Shown here in pieces: positions 15,108-22,458 of a stretch of DNA of 22,578 bases. The stretch is from the IMG/VR virus record IMGVR_UViG_3300048577_000420, positions 1 to 22,578 of that record; one strand, 5' to 3'. The notes beneath the pieces are model-generated. The model did not search any database. It had not been told where the DNA came from and worked only from the letters and a program-made list of their open reading frames with translations. Origin of the DNA: a virus. Its lineage: Duplodnaviria > Heunggongvirae > Uroviricota > Caudoviricetes. Each line of letters opens with the position of its first letter. Position 1 is the stretch's first letter. Position numbers and translations under genes: made by a program.

Positions 15108-15370
15108 GCCGCCGGGATGCCGTAGAGCATCAGGTCGTTGACGGGTCCGTCGGTGCCCGTAGGCGGCCACAGGCCGGTCTCGTCCACCACGGGCAGGCGG
15201 GCGTCGTTCTCGACGACCAGGTAGGGCCTGCTCCCGTCGTGCGGGTAGTGCACGTAGGCGTGGACCTCGTCGTCGGCGCCGGGGCCCGTGACGATGGTCA
15301 CGAAGTCGTGCCGGTCGGCCGGGTCCTCGTAGTCCGCCGGGTCGCCGGCCTTGACGACGATGTGCGTCAC
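15104..15370 (-). CDS. Acidic hypothetical protein (88 aa)
   Basis: GTGA overlaps on both sides; GC3 bias. Confidence 0.75.
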   Translation of the reverse strand: MTHIVVKAGDPADYEDPADRHDFVTIVTGPGADDEVHAYVHYPHDGSRPYLVVENDARLPVVDETGLWPPTGTDGPVNDLMLYGIPAA

Positions 15371-15960
15371 GCGGCGGCCTCGAAGAGGGCCGAGACGGCC
15401 GCCTCCAGCGCGGAGTAGTCGGCCTCGACGAGCGGGATGTCGCCGGTCGGCTCACCGCCGGCGAGGTAGTGCTCCTCCGTGGGGTACGCCGCGACGGCGA
15501 ACTTGAGGGTCTTGACCGCACCGCGGTAGTCGGGCGCGAACGGCCCGATCGGGTCGCCGTCGCTCACGGCCACCACGCGGCCGTCCGGGGCCGCGGTCCA
15601 GACCACGACGGTTCCCCCGGCCGTGGCGAGCATCGCCCGCTTGTCCGCGTACTCGGCGTGGTCGAGCCAGAGCGCGTCGATGAGGCAGTTGCCGATCTGG
15701 GCGAGCCTGAACTCGTCGCGGTCGTCCTCGATGAACTCGGAGGACTCGAAGCTCTGCATCGGACCGATGACGGCGTCCTTGACGGCCTGCGGCATGTCGG
15801 AGGCGGCGACGTGCTCCATCTCCTCGCGCCACTCCGAGAGCGGGTAGCCAGCGCCGGGGTCGACGTCGTAGTGCTCGGCGTCCACCACCTCGCCGTCGAT
15901 GAAGACGGTGGCGGTGGTGGACGAGTCGGGATCGCGGACGGTGACGACGTAGAGGCTCAC
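15367..15960 (-). CDS. Acidic hypothetical protein (197 aa)
   Basis: Start re-called to GTG 15960 (GGAGG SD, GTGA overlap). Confidence 0.75.
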   Translation of the reverse strand: MSLYVVTVRDPDSSTTATVFIDGEVVDAEHYDVDPGAGYPLSEWREEMEHVAASDMPQAVKDAVIGPMQSFESSEFIEDDRDEFRLAQIGNCLIDALWLDHAEYADKRAMLATAGGTVVVWTAAPDGRVVAVSDGDPIGPFAPDYRGAVKTLKFAVAAYPTEEHYLAGGEPTGDIPLVEADYSALEAAVSALFEAAA

Positions 15961-16415
15961 GCGGCGACCTCCTTGTCCGAGCGCGACCGCCAGCCCTCCG
16001 AGGAGATGTCGACCCGCACGTCGCACCACGGCTCGGCGTTCATCCACGCGACCGCCAGGTCGCTGATGTCCTTGAAGCGCTCGGGCGCGCCCGGCCAGTC
16101 CTCGTCCGCGTCGCGGCAGGCGCTGTAGAGCTGCGACGGGGCCGGGTCGCCCTCGCGCACCTCGAAGTCGCCGTCGTGGGCGTAGTCGCCGACGAAGACG
16201 ACGCGGTCGCCGCCCCAGCGGCCGATGAAGCCGCTCGTGTCGGCGAAGTCCCCGCCCCCGCGGCTCTCGCCGGTGCCGGCCACGAGGAGTGCGAGGAGGT
16301 CGCCGGTGCTCCAGGCGCACCCCACCTGCTCCGCCTGCTTCAGGCCGAGGCCGAGCCGGTGCGGGTGGAGGTACTCCTTCCTGTCGAGGTTGGCGATGAC
16401 GTGGTACTGGCCCAT
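15957..16415 (-). CDS. Conserved phage-type hypothetical protein (152 aa)
   Basis: MGQY..IANLD.KEYL.P..LG.GLK...GRWGGDRVVFVGDY pattern recalled from phage hypotheticals; GAGGAG SD. Confidence 0.8.
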   Translation of the reverse strand: MGQYHVIANLDRKEYLHPHRLGLGLKQAEQVGCAWSTGDLLALLVAGTGESRGGGDFADTSGFIGRWGGDRVVFVGDYAHDGDFEVREGDPAPSQLYSACRDADEDWPGAPERFKDISDLAVAWMNAEPWCDVRVDISSEGWRSRSDKEVAA

Positions 16416-16428
16416 CTCGGGACTCCTC

Positions 16429-16608
16429 TCAGGCGGGGACCAGCGCGGGCTGCCGGGTTGCCAGCAGGGCGGCGGTCAGGTCGTGGATGTTGACGGTCGC
16501 GACCGTCCAGGTGTTCGCGTTGTGGATCGCGACCTCGACGGTGTCCGGCACCTCGCCGGCGATCACCTCGATGTCGGACTCGTCGTCAGCGAGGTCTCGG
16601 ATCTTCAT
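16429..16608 (-). CDS. Small acidic protein (59 aa)
   Basis: ATGA overlap start at 16608 with GGAGG SD. Confidence 0.7.
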   Translation of the reverse strand: MKIRDLADDESDIEVIAGEVPDTVEVAIHNANTWTVATVNIHDLTAALLATRQPALVPA

Positions 16609-17027
16609 GCGGCCTCCAGGGAGTAGGCGGGGTCGTGGGTGCCGTCGTCCTCGGCGATGGCCCGGTTGACGGCGTTGACGGCCTCGGACCAGGTCTCGAA
16701 GAAGGCTCCGTCGACGGCCGCGGCAGGGTTGTCCCCACGGGGGTACGGAGCCGCGTGGACGTGCCACGGGCGCCACTCGGGGCCGGGGTCGCCGCTCGGG
16801 TCGAAGACGATGTGCCAGCGCCGATGGGGCGCGAGCCCGTGACGGCGCAGCACGCGCATGATGAACTCGCGCGCGGCCGGCCAGTCGTCCAGGTCGTGCG
16901 TCGTGCCGTTCATTGTCATGAGGTCCCGGGCGAGCGCCGCGTCGCAGCACTGGTCCTGGGTGAGGTCGAAGTTGAGGACCGGGTTCGCCAGCTCGTCGAG
17001 CCGGTTGATCGTGTCGAGGAACGTCAC
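16605..17027 (-). CDS. Hypothetical protein (140 aa)
   Basis: Start re-called to GTG 17027 behind GGGGAG. Confidence 0.7.
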   Translation of the reverse strand: MTFLDTINRLDELANPVLNFDLTQDQCCDAALARDLMTMNGTTHDLDDWPAAREFIMRVLRRHGLAPHRRWHIVFDPSGDPGPEWRPWHVHAAPYPRGDNPAAAVDGAFFETWSEAVNAVNRAIAEDDGTHDPAYSLEAA

Positions 17028-17035
17028 GGCGGCGG

Positions 17036-17371
17036 CTACTCCCCGAGGAGCGCGCCCCGGACGTACGCGCGGGCCTTCTCCAGGACCACGTCGGCCGGGA
17101 TCGAGTGGTCGCCCTCGGGTACCCACGGGCCGTGCGTGTCGTCCGGGTCGTCGTCGCCGTAGGCGTGACCGGCCAGGAACTGCGCGGCGGCCTCGACGTC
17201 CTGGGACGCGACCGCCATGAGCGTCGCCATCGTGTCGGCCTCGGAGCACGTCATGTAGCTGCCGACGTCGTGGCCCAGCTCGGCGCTGCCGAACGTGTCG
17301 GCGAAGGCGGTGGCGGCCGACTGGATGAGCGCGAGGCGGGCCTCGGCGGGGGTCGTCGTGGAGGTCGTCAC
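17036..17371 (-). CDS. Acidic hypothetical protein (111 aa)
   Basis: GTG 17371 with AAAGGAG SD, which overlaps operator copy C. Confidence 0.75.
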   Translation of the reverse strand: MTTSTTTPAEARLALIQSAATAFADTFGSAELGHDVGSYMTCSEADTMATLMAVASQDVEAAAQFLAGHAYGDDDPDDTHGPWVPEGDHSIPADVVLEKARAYVRGALLGE

Positions 17372-17379
17372 GGTGATGC

Positions 17380-17403
17380 TCCTTTCTGCTGGCGCAGGAA
17401 TCG
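17380..17403. promoter_or_regulatory. Palindromic operator-like motif, copy C
   Basis: The reverse complement of 17381-17405 matches 9053-9077 at 21/25; one half-site is GCAGGAATCG. Confidence 0.55.
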
Positions 17404-17416
17404 CGCGGGGGATGAC

Positions 17417-17452
17417 TCGGCCCCGCTGCGCGGGAGGTCGCAGCGGGGCCGA
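17417..17452 (-). other. Perfect 14-bp hairpin downstream of the methyltransferase gene (terminator or processing site)
   Basis: TCGGCCCCGCTGCG / CGCAGCGGGGCCGA with an 8-nt loop. Confidence 0.65.
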
Positions 17453-17471
17453 AGGATGGGGAGGTCGGGGC

Positions 17472-18494
17472 TCAGGAAGCGGTGACGAGGTCGCCACCGA
17501 CGTACGGGATCGCCCGGTCGACCGCGTCGATGCGGCGGCCCAGCCAGGCGGCCGTGCCGGTGTGGATCGCGTTGCCGAGCGCCGTCCACCGCTGGCTGTC
17601 GGGCATCCCCTCGGTCCAGCCGTCCGGGAAGCCCTGAAGGCGCTCCCACTCGGTGAACGTGAGGGTGCGGAGGCGCCCGTGCTGGGCGATGAGGTGCGTC
17701 TGGCGGAGGGCGTTGCCGGAGTCGTTGCCAGTCAGCGTGTTGGTGTGCGTGGCCGGGACCCAGGTCTCGTAGCCGCCGGCAGAGAGCGCGGCGCGAGCTC
17801 GGGCGGACTTGCGCCAGATCACGGCTCCAGCAGGTCCGACAGGGCCTGGAGCAGGGCGGGGTCCGCCTTCGAGCCCGCCGAAGCGACGCGCGGCAGCAGC
17901 TTGCGCGCCTGCTCCGTCGTCACCCAGAACCGCCCATGCGGGTCGGGGGTCTCCTCCACGATGGCCGACCACGAGAACTCGACGGCGTCGCTGGGCTGTA
18001 CCGAGGTGTCCCCCGTCCACCACCCGGTAGGCCCACCCATACCCGAGGTCTTCCAGTCCACCCGCGACGGCAGCGAAGTCGTGCCCGGTCCGGCGGGGAC
18101 TCGTGAGAAGCCCTTCGGGGTTCTCGATGACGACCCATCGGGGTCGGGTCTCGTCGACCAGTCGGAGGTGCTCTTCGAGGAGTCGGTGGAACTCCCAGAA
18201 GAGGCCGGAGCGAGTGCCAGCGAGCCCAGCACGGTTGGGGGCGGCGATGCTGGTGTCCTGGCAGGGGAAGCCTCCGCAGAGGAGGTGGGGTCGCCCGAGG
18301 GCGGTCGCCTTGACGTCACGGATGTCTCCTTCCAGGGGGGTCTCGGGGAAGTGCCGGCGGAGCACCGCCTGGGCGGCCGGGTTGATCTCGACCATGAGGT
18401 TGTTGTGCCAGTTCAGCGGGGCGAAGCCGACCTCGAAGCCGCCGATCCCGGTGAAGGTCGAGGCCCACTCGAAGGGCTCTCGGCGCGCGTCCAC
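17472..18494 (-). CDS. C5 cytosine DNA methyltransferase, large polypeptide (340 aa)
   Basis: Start re-called to GTG 18494 (GGAGG SD). Motif I FTGIGG, IV GGFPCQ, SGLF, VI ENP, VIII QRRRRV, IX-like ERLQGFPD, X LGNA. Confidence 0.92.
   Translation of the reverse strand: MDARREPFEWASTFTGIGGFEVGFAPLNWHNNLMVEINPAAQAVLRRHFPETPLEGDIRDVKATALGRPHLLCGGFPCQDTSIAAPNRAGLAGTRSGLFWEFHRLLEEHLRLVDETRPRWVVIENPEGLLTSPRRTGHDFAAVAGGLEDLGYGWAYRVVDGGHLGTAQRRRRVLVVGHRGGDPRPAWAVLGDDGAGAQAAAARRFGGLEGGPRPAPGPVGPAGAVIWRKSARARAALSAGGYETWVPATHTNTLTGNDSGNALRQTHLIAQHGRLRTLTFTEWERLQGFPDGWTEGMPDSQRWTALGNAIHTGTAAWLGRRIDAVDRAIPYVGGDLVTAS
17819..18319 (-). CDS. Nested alternative-frame ORF, candidate small (beta) subunit of the methyltransferase (166 aa)
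   Basis: GTG preceded by AAGGAG at 6-nt spacing; C-terminal WKTSGM...WWT...QPS...FSWSAIVEE...RFWVT...LLQAL resembles the beta polypeptides of M.EcoHK31I-type enzymes. Confidence 0.7.
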   Translation of the reverse strand: MTSRRPPSGDPTSSAEASPARTPASPPPTVLGSLALAPASSGSSTDSSKSTSDWSTRPDPDGSSSRTPKGFSRVPAGPGTTSLPSRVDWKTSGMGGPTGWWTGDTSVQPSDAVEFSWSAIVEETPDPHGRFWVTTEQARKLLPRVASAGSKADPALLQALSDLLEP

Positions 18495-18505
18495 GGTGCC
18501 TCCTC

Positions 18506-19066
18506 TCAGGGGTGCAGGAAGGGGTCCAGGAGGGCCTGGACCTGGGCCACGACGCTGACGGGCGCCGTGTAGCGACGGGTGAGGAGCATCTGGCGGCCGC
18601 GGAGCACGACGCCCGTGGGGACGCCCCACTCGACGGTGACGCGCTCCTCGGCGTCGATCGCGCCGATCTGGCTGGCGAACGCGGCGACCTGGGCCTCGAC
18701 GTCGGGGTTGGGCTCGTCCATCGACACACGCGGCTCGTGCTCGTCGAGGGCGCGGTCCCAGTGGTCGTACCGCGTCCACGTCATGCCGAGGCCGATGTCG
18801 TAGAGGCCCTCGGCGTCCGGCTCGATGCGGCTCGGGGTCTCCGGGTACTCCGGGCTCGTGACGACGAGGGTTTCGCCGTCGAAGACCCACGTGTCGAGGG
18901 TCACGGCGTACGGGCTCGCCGCCGTCAGGACGGCGATCTGCTCGATGACGCGCCGGTTGGTCATCCACTCCGCCCAGCCGTTCCAGGCGCGGAGGAAGTA
19001 CCCCTCGAACGCCGGGTCGGGCTGGTCGTCGCCGGTGAACCAGTCACCGGTGAACCAGGTCCTCAC
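18506..19066 (-). CDS. Hypothetical protein (186 aa)
   Basis: GTGA overlap start at 19066 with GGAGG SD; FEGYFLRAWNGWA motif. Confidence 0.75.
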   Translation of the reverse strand: MRTWFTGDWFTGDDQPDPAFEGYFLRAWNGWAEWMTNRRVIEQIAVLTAASPYAVTLDTWVFDGETLVVTSPEYPETPSRIEPDAEGLYDIGLGMTWTRYDHWDRALDEHEPRVSMDEPNPDVEAQVAAFASQIGAIDAEERVTVEWGVPTGVVLRGRQMLLTRRYTAPVSVVAQVQALLDPFLHP

Positions 19067-19422
19067 TCGGACACCTCCCACTCGAAGAAGAAGCCCGAGG
19101 CGTGGAGCGTGTCGGGCGCGGTCGAGTCCTTGGACCCGTTGTCGCAGACGTACTGGTCGAGGTCGCCCTCCTGGCCGTCGTGCTCGGCGGCGTGCACGAG
19201 GCGTCGCGGCACGGTGGCCGTCCACGTCTCGGTGACCTCGGCCGTGTACGTGCGGCGGAAGGTGATCGCGACCTCGCCGCAGGCGTGGCCCTGCGCGACC
19301 GAGACGAGGACGTCCAGGTCGTCGCCGGGCTCGATGTCGCAGACGACCTCGCCGCACTCGGCGCACGTCAGCTCCAGGTCGCGCTTCAGGTCGTCGTCGG
19401 ACTGCTTGGCCTCGAAGGTCAC
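19063..19422 (-). CDS. Acidic hypothetical protein with CxxC (119 aa)
   Basis: GTGA overlap start at 19422 with AAGGAGG SD; CAECGEVVC...HAC. Confidence 0.75.
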   Translation of the reverse strand: MTFEAKQSDDDLKRDLELTCAECGEVVCDIEPGDDLDVLVSVAQGHACGEVAITFRRTYTAEVTETWTATVPRRLVHAAEHDGQEGDLDQYVCDNGSKDSTAPDTLHASGFFFEWEVSE

Positions 19423-20213
19423 GCCACCTCCTTCGTTGCGTAGGGAGAGAAGGCGTCCCGGGCGGCCTCGGCCGCCCACTTGTGGCCGACGAAGCCCCAG
19501 CAGTCGTCGGTGACCTCCCAGTCCTCGCGGTCGAAGTTGAGCGTGCGCGTGGAAGTCTCCGGCTCGGCGCCGGGACGGACGACGGTCTCGGTCGTGGTCG
19601 TTCTGCCGCTGCGCTGCACGCGCTCCTCGATGCGGTAGCCCCACACGTCGCCGGTCAGGTAGGCGTTGTAGGTCCTGACCTCGTCGGCCAGGCACTCCTC
19701 GACCCGATCGAGTGGGGTCCCGCATACCTCGCGGGTGCGCGCGGTGTCGAAGATGAAGCCGACGTAGGAGGTGTCCCAGCCGCCGGGGTCGCAGGCGAAG
19801 TGGTCGCGGCCACCCTGGCGCCTGCGGAAGTCCCTGTCCTGGACCATGTCCCGGCCGCCGCTGATGCTGATGCCGGAGTGGTCGAGCAAGTACAGCGGCA
19901 GGACCGCGGTCGCGCCGTGCTTGCGTACCAGGTGCTTGACGATCGCCTCGTTCAGCGCGGAGAGCGAGGGCATGAAGTCCTCGACCTGGCGGATGAAGTC
20001 GGTCAGGTCCTCGTGCTCGGGCGGGGCGGTGGTGGTCCGCGTGCGCCAGTGGTACTGCTCGTCGCCGAGGGTGTGGTCCCGGTACTTCACCCACATCACG
20101 CCGAGGTTGCAGTCGGTGTCGTGGCGAGGGTCGCAGCCGTCCGTGTCCTCCATCGGGAGAAGGGTGAGGCGGTGGGTGTCCGTCTCGGCGACGAGCTCCT
20201 GGTAGTCGCTCAC
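19419..20213 (-). CDS. Conserved phage/MGE-type hypothetical protein (264 aa)
   Basis: LPLYLLDHSGISIS, WDTSYVGFI, EVRTYNAYLTGDVWGY and DDCWGF match a hypothetical family I recall from phages and ICEs; GTGA overlap start. Confidence 0.8.
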   Translation of the reverse strand: MSDYQELVAETDTHRLTLLPMEDTDGCDPRHDTDCNLGVMWVKYRDHTLGDEQYHWRTRTTTAPPEHEDLTDFIRQVEDFMPSLSALNEAIVKHLVRKHGATAVLPLYLLDHSGISISGGRDMVQDRDFRRRQGGRDHFACDPGGWDTSYVGFIFDTARTREVCGTPLDRVEECLADEVRTYNAYLTGDVWGYRIEERVQRSGRTTTTETVVRPGAEPETSTRTLNFDREDWEVTDDCWGFVGHKWAAEAARDAFSPYATKEVA

Positions 20214-20701
20214 GCGGTCACCTGCCGGAGCCAGGCTCGGAGGCGGTACATGCTCGTGGCGTCGACGGCCCACTCGTCCGGGTAGGCGCCGTGGAGGAGG
20301 AGGCCGTCCGCGCCCGCGAGGATCGTCTCGACGAAGTAGTCGGAGACGAACTGCCCCGGCTGGTTCGGCCGGCCGATGTGGCGGGTGTCGAAGAAGCACA
20401 CGGTCAGCCGCGGGTCGACGGCCGTGAAGGTCTCGATGCGGGCGACGAAGGGGACGCCGTTGGCGGCCGTGAAGCCGTAGGTCGCGCCCACGGCGGGCGT
20501 CTTGCGCGGGCGGATGCGGTCTCGCTCGAACGCCTCGACGACCCGTGCCGCGTCCTGCTGGACGACGTCGTTCGGGTACGTGGGGACCTGCTCGCCCTCC
20601 CAGAGGTTGATCTCCCCCAGGTCCGGGTCGAAGGTCACGCCTCCGTCGTCGGAGACGGTGATGGCGACGGGCAGGCCGAGCAGGTAGGTGCGCTCGGCCA
20701 T
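20210..20701 (-). CDS. Hypothetical protein (163 aa)
   Basis: TGATG overlap start, GTGA overlap end. Confidence 0.75.
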   Translation of the reverse strand: MAERTYLLGLPVAITVSDDGGVTFDPDLGEINLWEGEQVPTYPNDVVQQDAARVVEAFERDRIRPRKTPAVGATYGFTAANGVPFVARIETFTAVDPRLTVCFFDTRHIGRPNQPGQFVSDYFVETILAGADGLLLHGAYPDEWAVDATSMYRLRAWLRQVTA

Positions 20702-20859
20702 CAGTCGACGTCCCCGCTCATACCCCAGGCGCGGGACTCGCCCGACTGGACGGAGGTGCGTGCCCGGCCGTCGCCACGGGTGCGGGCGATCCGCTCCGCG
20801 CTGGCGGCGTTGACGATGCTGGCGTCCTCGGTCCTGCCGAGGATCTCGGTCAGGGTCAT
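20701..20859 (-). CDS. Small hypothetical protein (52 aa, MTLTEILGRTED...)
   Basis: Not in the ORF track. GAGAGGAG SD; fills the gap with a TGATG overlap. Confidence 0.6.
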   Translation of the reverse strand: MTLTEILGRTEDASIVNAASAERIARTRGDGRARTSVQSGESRAWGMSGDVD

Positions 20860-20873
20860 GGGTGTGGCTCCTC

Positions 20874-22103
20874 TCAGGCCGCGAGCGGCACGGTGTTCTT
20901 GACGAGGACGTGGAAGTCGCGGCCGAGCGTCAGCCGACGGTGGTCCGGGCGACGGCCCTCCGGGACGTGCCGCAGGCAGCCCCGGGCGAGGGTCGTGCCG
21001 TCCGGGAGGATGGCGACCTCGGTCCCCTGGTGGTTGGTCCTGAAGATGTCGCCCCGCTTCATGAAGGTGGCGCCGGCCTTCGCCAGGGCACGCTTCGTCA
21101 CGGTCGGGACGGGGATGGCGAAGATGTCGCCCTGGCGCTTGACCTCGCGGCCCTGCGCCTCGGCCAGCCGGACGGTCTCCGGCTTGAGCGCCGCGTACGC
21201 CTCCTCCACCGTGGTGGGCTTGGCGCCCGGCGGCAGCTCGCAGAAGAAGTAGGACGGGCGGGGCTCGTTCTGGTCGAAGCCGGACAGGAAGAACGCCCGA
21301 CGGCGACGGCGGATGCGACCGTCGCAGCGGTCCCCGTGGCGGGGGCAGGAAGAGCCCACCCAGGAGTTGCGGTAGGCGTCCTCTGCCTCGCGGTAGGCGG
21401 CCGCGTCGGCACTGTCGAACCAGGCGCGCTCGGCCTCCGCGAAGTCACTCCACGTGGCGTGCTCACCGCGCCGCCAGCGCGGGCGGCTCTCGGGCCAGGT
21501 CGGCTTGGGCAGGGCGTACGTGGCGGGCTGGAACGACGTGCACCGCACGGTGTACGCGACCTCGGCGCTGATGAGGGACTCGCCGAGCCAGTGGCGCTGC
21601 GTGGTCCAGCGGTACGTCTGGCCGTCGAAGACGATCTCGCCGGTCTGCTTGGGGTACCCGTCGAGAAGGCGGACCTCCCACCCCGGTTGCTCGCGAAGGT
21701 CGACGAACATCCAGCCCAGCGGGGCGTCCTCGCGGCTCGTGGACTCGTGGCGCGTCGAGACGTAGCGGTCGCGGGTCACGTGGACGATGCGGACCGTACG
21801 GCGCTCGATCCCAGCGGCGTTGAGGGCCTCGTGCGGGATCGTGACGGTGTTCTGGTCGCGAAGGGCGGACCGGACCTCCTGCTGGTGCCTGGAGGTCGAG
21901 ACGGAGTACCGGTCACCGTTGAGCAGGAAGCCGTGCACGGTGCCGTTCGGGTTGCGCAGAGGGCGTGCCAGCTCGAAGTGGAAGCCGTAGGAGTAGATCT
22001 GGTCGCCGTCGACCGGCATCCGCTCGGCACGCAGGTTGGGCCGATCGGTCAGGCCCAGGCAGCGGTCGCGCCAGCGGCGCGCCACCTGCTCGTACGTGGT
22101 CAT
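20874..22103 (-). CDS. Phage-type hypothetical protein (409 aa)
   Basis: Start re-called to ATG 22103 (AGGAGGAG SD). IYSYG.HF, YSVSTSRHQ and a C-terminal RQGDIFAIP...H...DH...KNTVP pattern seen in phage proteins. Confidence 0.8.
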   Translation of the reverse strand: MTTYEQVARRWRDRCLGLTDRPNLRAERMPVDGDQIYSYGFHFELARPLRNPNGTVHGFLLNGDRYSVSTSRHQQEVRSALRDQNTVTIPHEALNAAGIERRTVRIVHVTRDRYVSTRHESTSREDAPLGWMFVDLREQPGWEVRLLDGYPKQTGEIVFDGQTYRWTTQRHWLGESLISAEVAYTVRCTSFQPATYALPKPTWPESRPRWRRGEHATWSDFAEAERAWFDSADAAAYREAEDAYRNSWVGSSCPRHGDRCDGRIRRRRRAFFLSGFDQNEPRPSYFFCELPPGAKPTTVEEAYAALKPETVRLAEAQGREVKRQGDIFAIPVPTVTKRALAKAGATFMKRGDIFRTNHQGTEVAILPDGTTLARGCLRHVPEGRRPDHRRLTLGRDFHVLVKNTVPLAA

Positions 22104-22129
22104 GCGATCTCCTCCTGAGAGACGCGGAA

Positions 22130-22155
22130 GGGCGCCGCGCCGATGCGCTGCGCCC
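22130..22155 (-). other. GC-rich hairpin upstream of an RBS
   Basis: GGGCGCAGCGC-ATCG-GCGCGGCGCCC, 10 of 11 positions paired. Confidence 0.5.
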
Positions 22156-22205
22156 TCACCTGTGGTGCTGGGTCTGAAGGTGTGCCGACCGACACTCGTG
22201 GCCGA

Positions 22206-22229
22206 CGATTCGTGCGGTAGCAGGAAGCG
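22206..22229. promoter_or_regulatory. Palindromic operator-like motif, copy B
   Basis: CGATTCGTGC-GGTA-GCAGGAAGCG; differs from copy A only in the central spacer. Confidence 0.7.
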
Positions 22230-22230
22230 C

Positions 22231-22458
22231 TCAGGGCGCCACGTACGCCGACGCGCGAAGCACGACGTAGGCGATGACGACGAGGGCGGGCAGGGCGACC
22301 ACGAGGCCACCCATGAAGGCGTTCACGAGCGCGAGCACGACGCGGCGGACCGTCCACCCGCGGACGGGCTGGGCCGCCGGGCGGGGCTTGCGGTGCTTGG
22401 GCCGCCCGGGCTCGGCGAGGCGCACGATGTCGCGCCAAGCGAGGTCGAGGTCCGTCAC
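22231..22458 (-). CDS. Small membrane protein (75 aa)
   Basis: GTGA overlap start; basic N-terminal region then a long hydrophobic segment. Confidence 0.7.
   Translation of the reverse strand: MTDLDLAWRDIVRLAEPGRPKHRKPRPAAQPVRGWTVRRVVLALVNAFMGGLVVALPALVVIAYVVLRASAYVAP

Noticed and set aside
4780-20399. Long N-terminal extensions in the ORF track (e.g. 4780-5967, 6447-8114, 12421-13809, 13332-14744, 15367-16320, 17472-18968, 19419-20399)
   Set aside because: The extensions are Arg/Pro/Gly-rich off-frame readings of the upstream gene; internal starts with SD sequences and 1- or 4-nt overlaps fit better.
4916-22115. Recurrent TGAGAGGAG / GAGAGG(A/G)G motif before many genes as a novel repeat
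   Set aside because: Explained as stop codon plus Shine-Dalgarno sequence in a coupled operon.
22186-22207. Minus-strand TGTCGG hexamer near operator copy B as another PafBC promoter
   Set aside because: The hexamer 10 nt downstream is TTCAGA, not (T/C)ANNNT.
9055-22229. CRISPR array or transposon terminal repeats as an explanation for the 24-bp repeats
   Set aside because: Copies are kilobases apart, in mixed orientation, with no regular spacers, cas genes or transposase.
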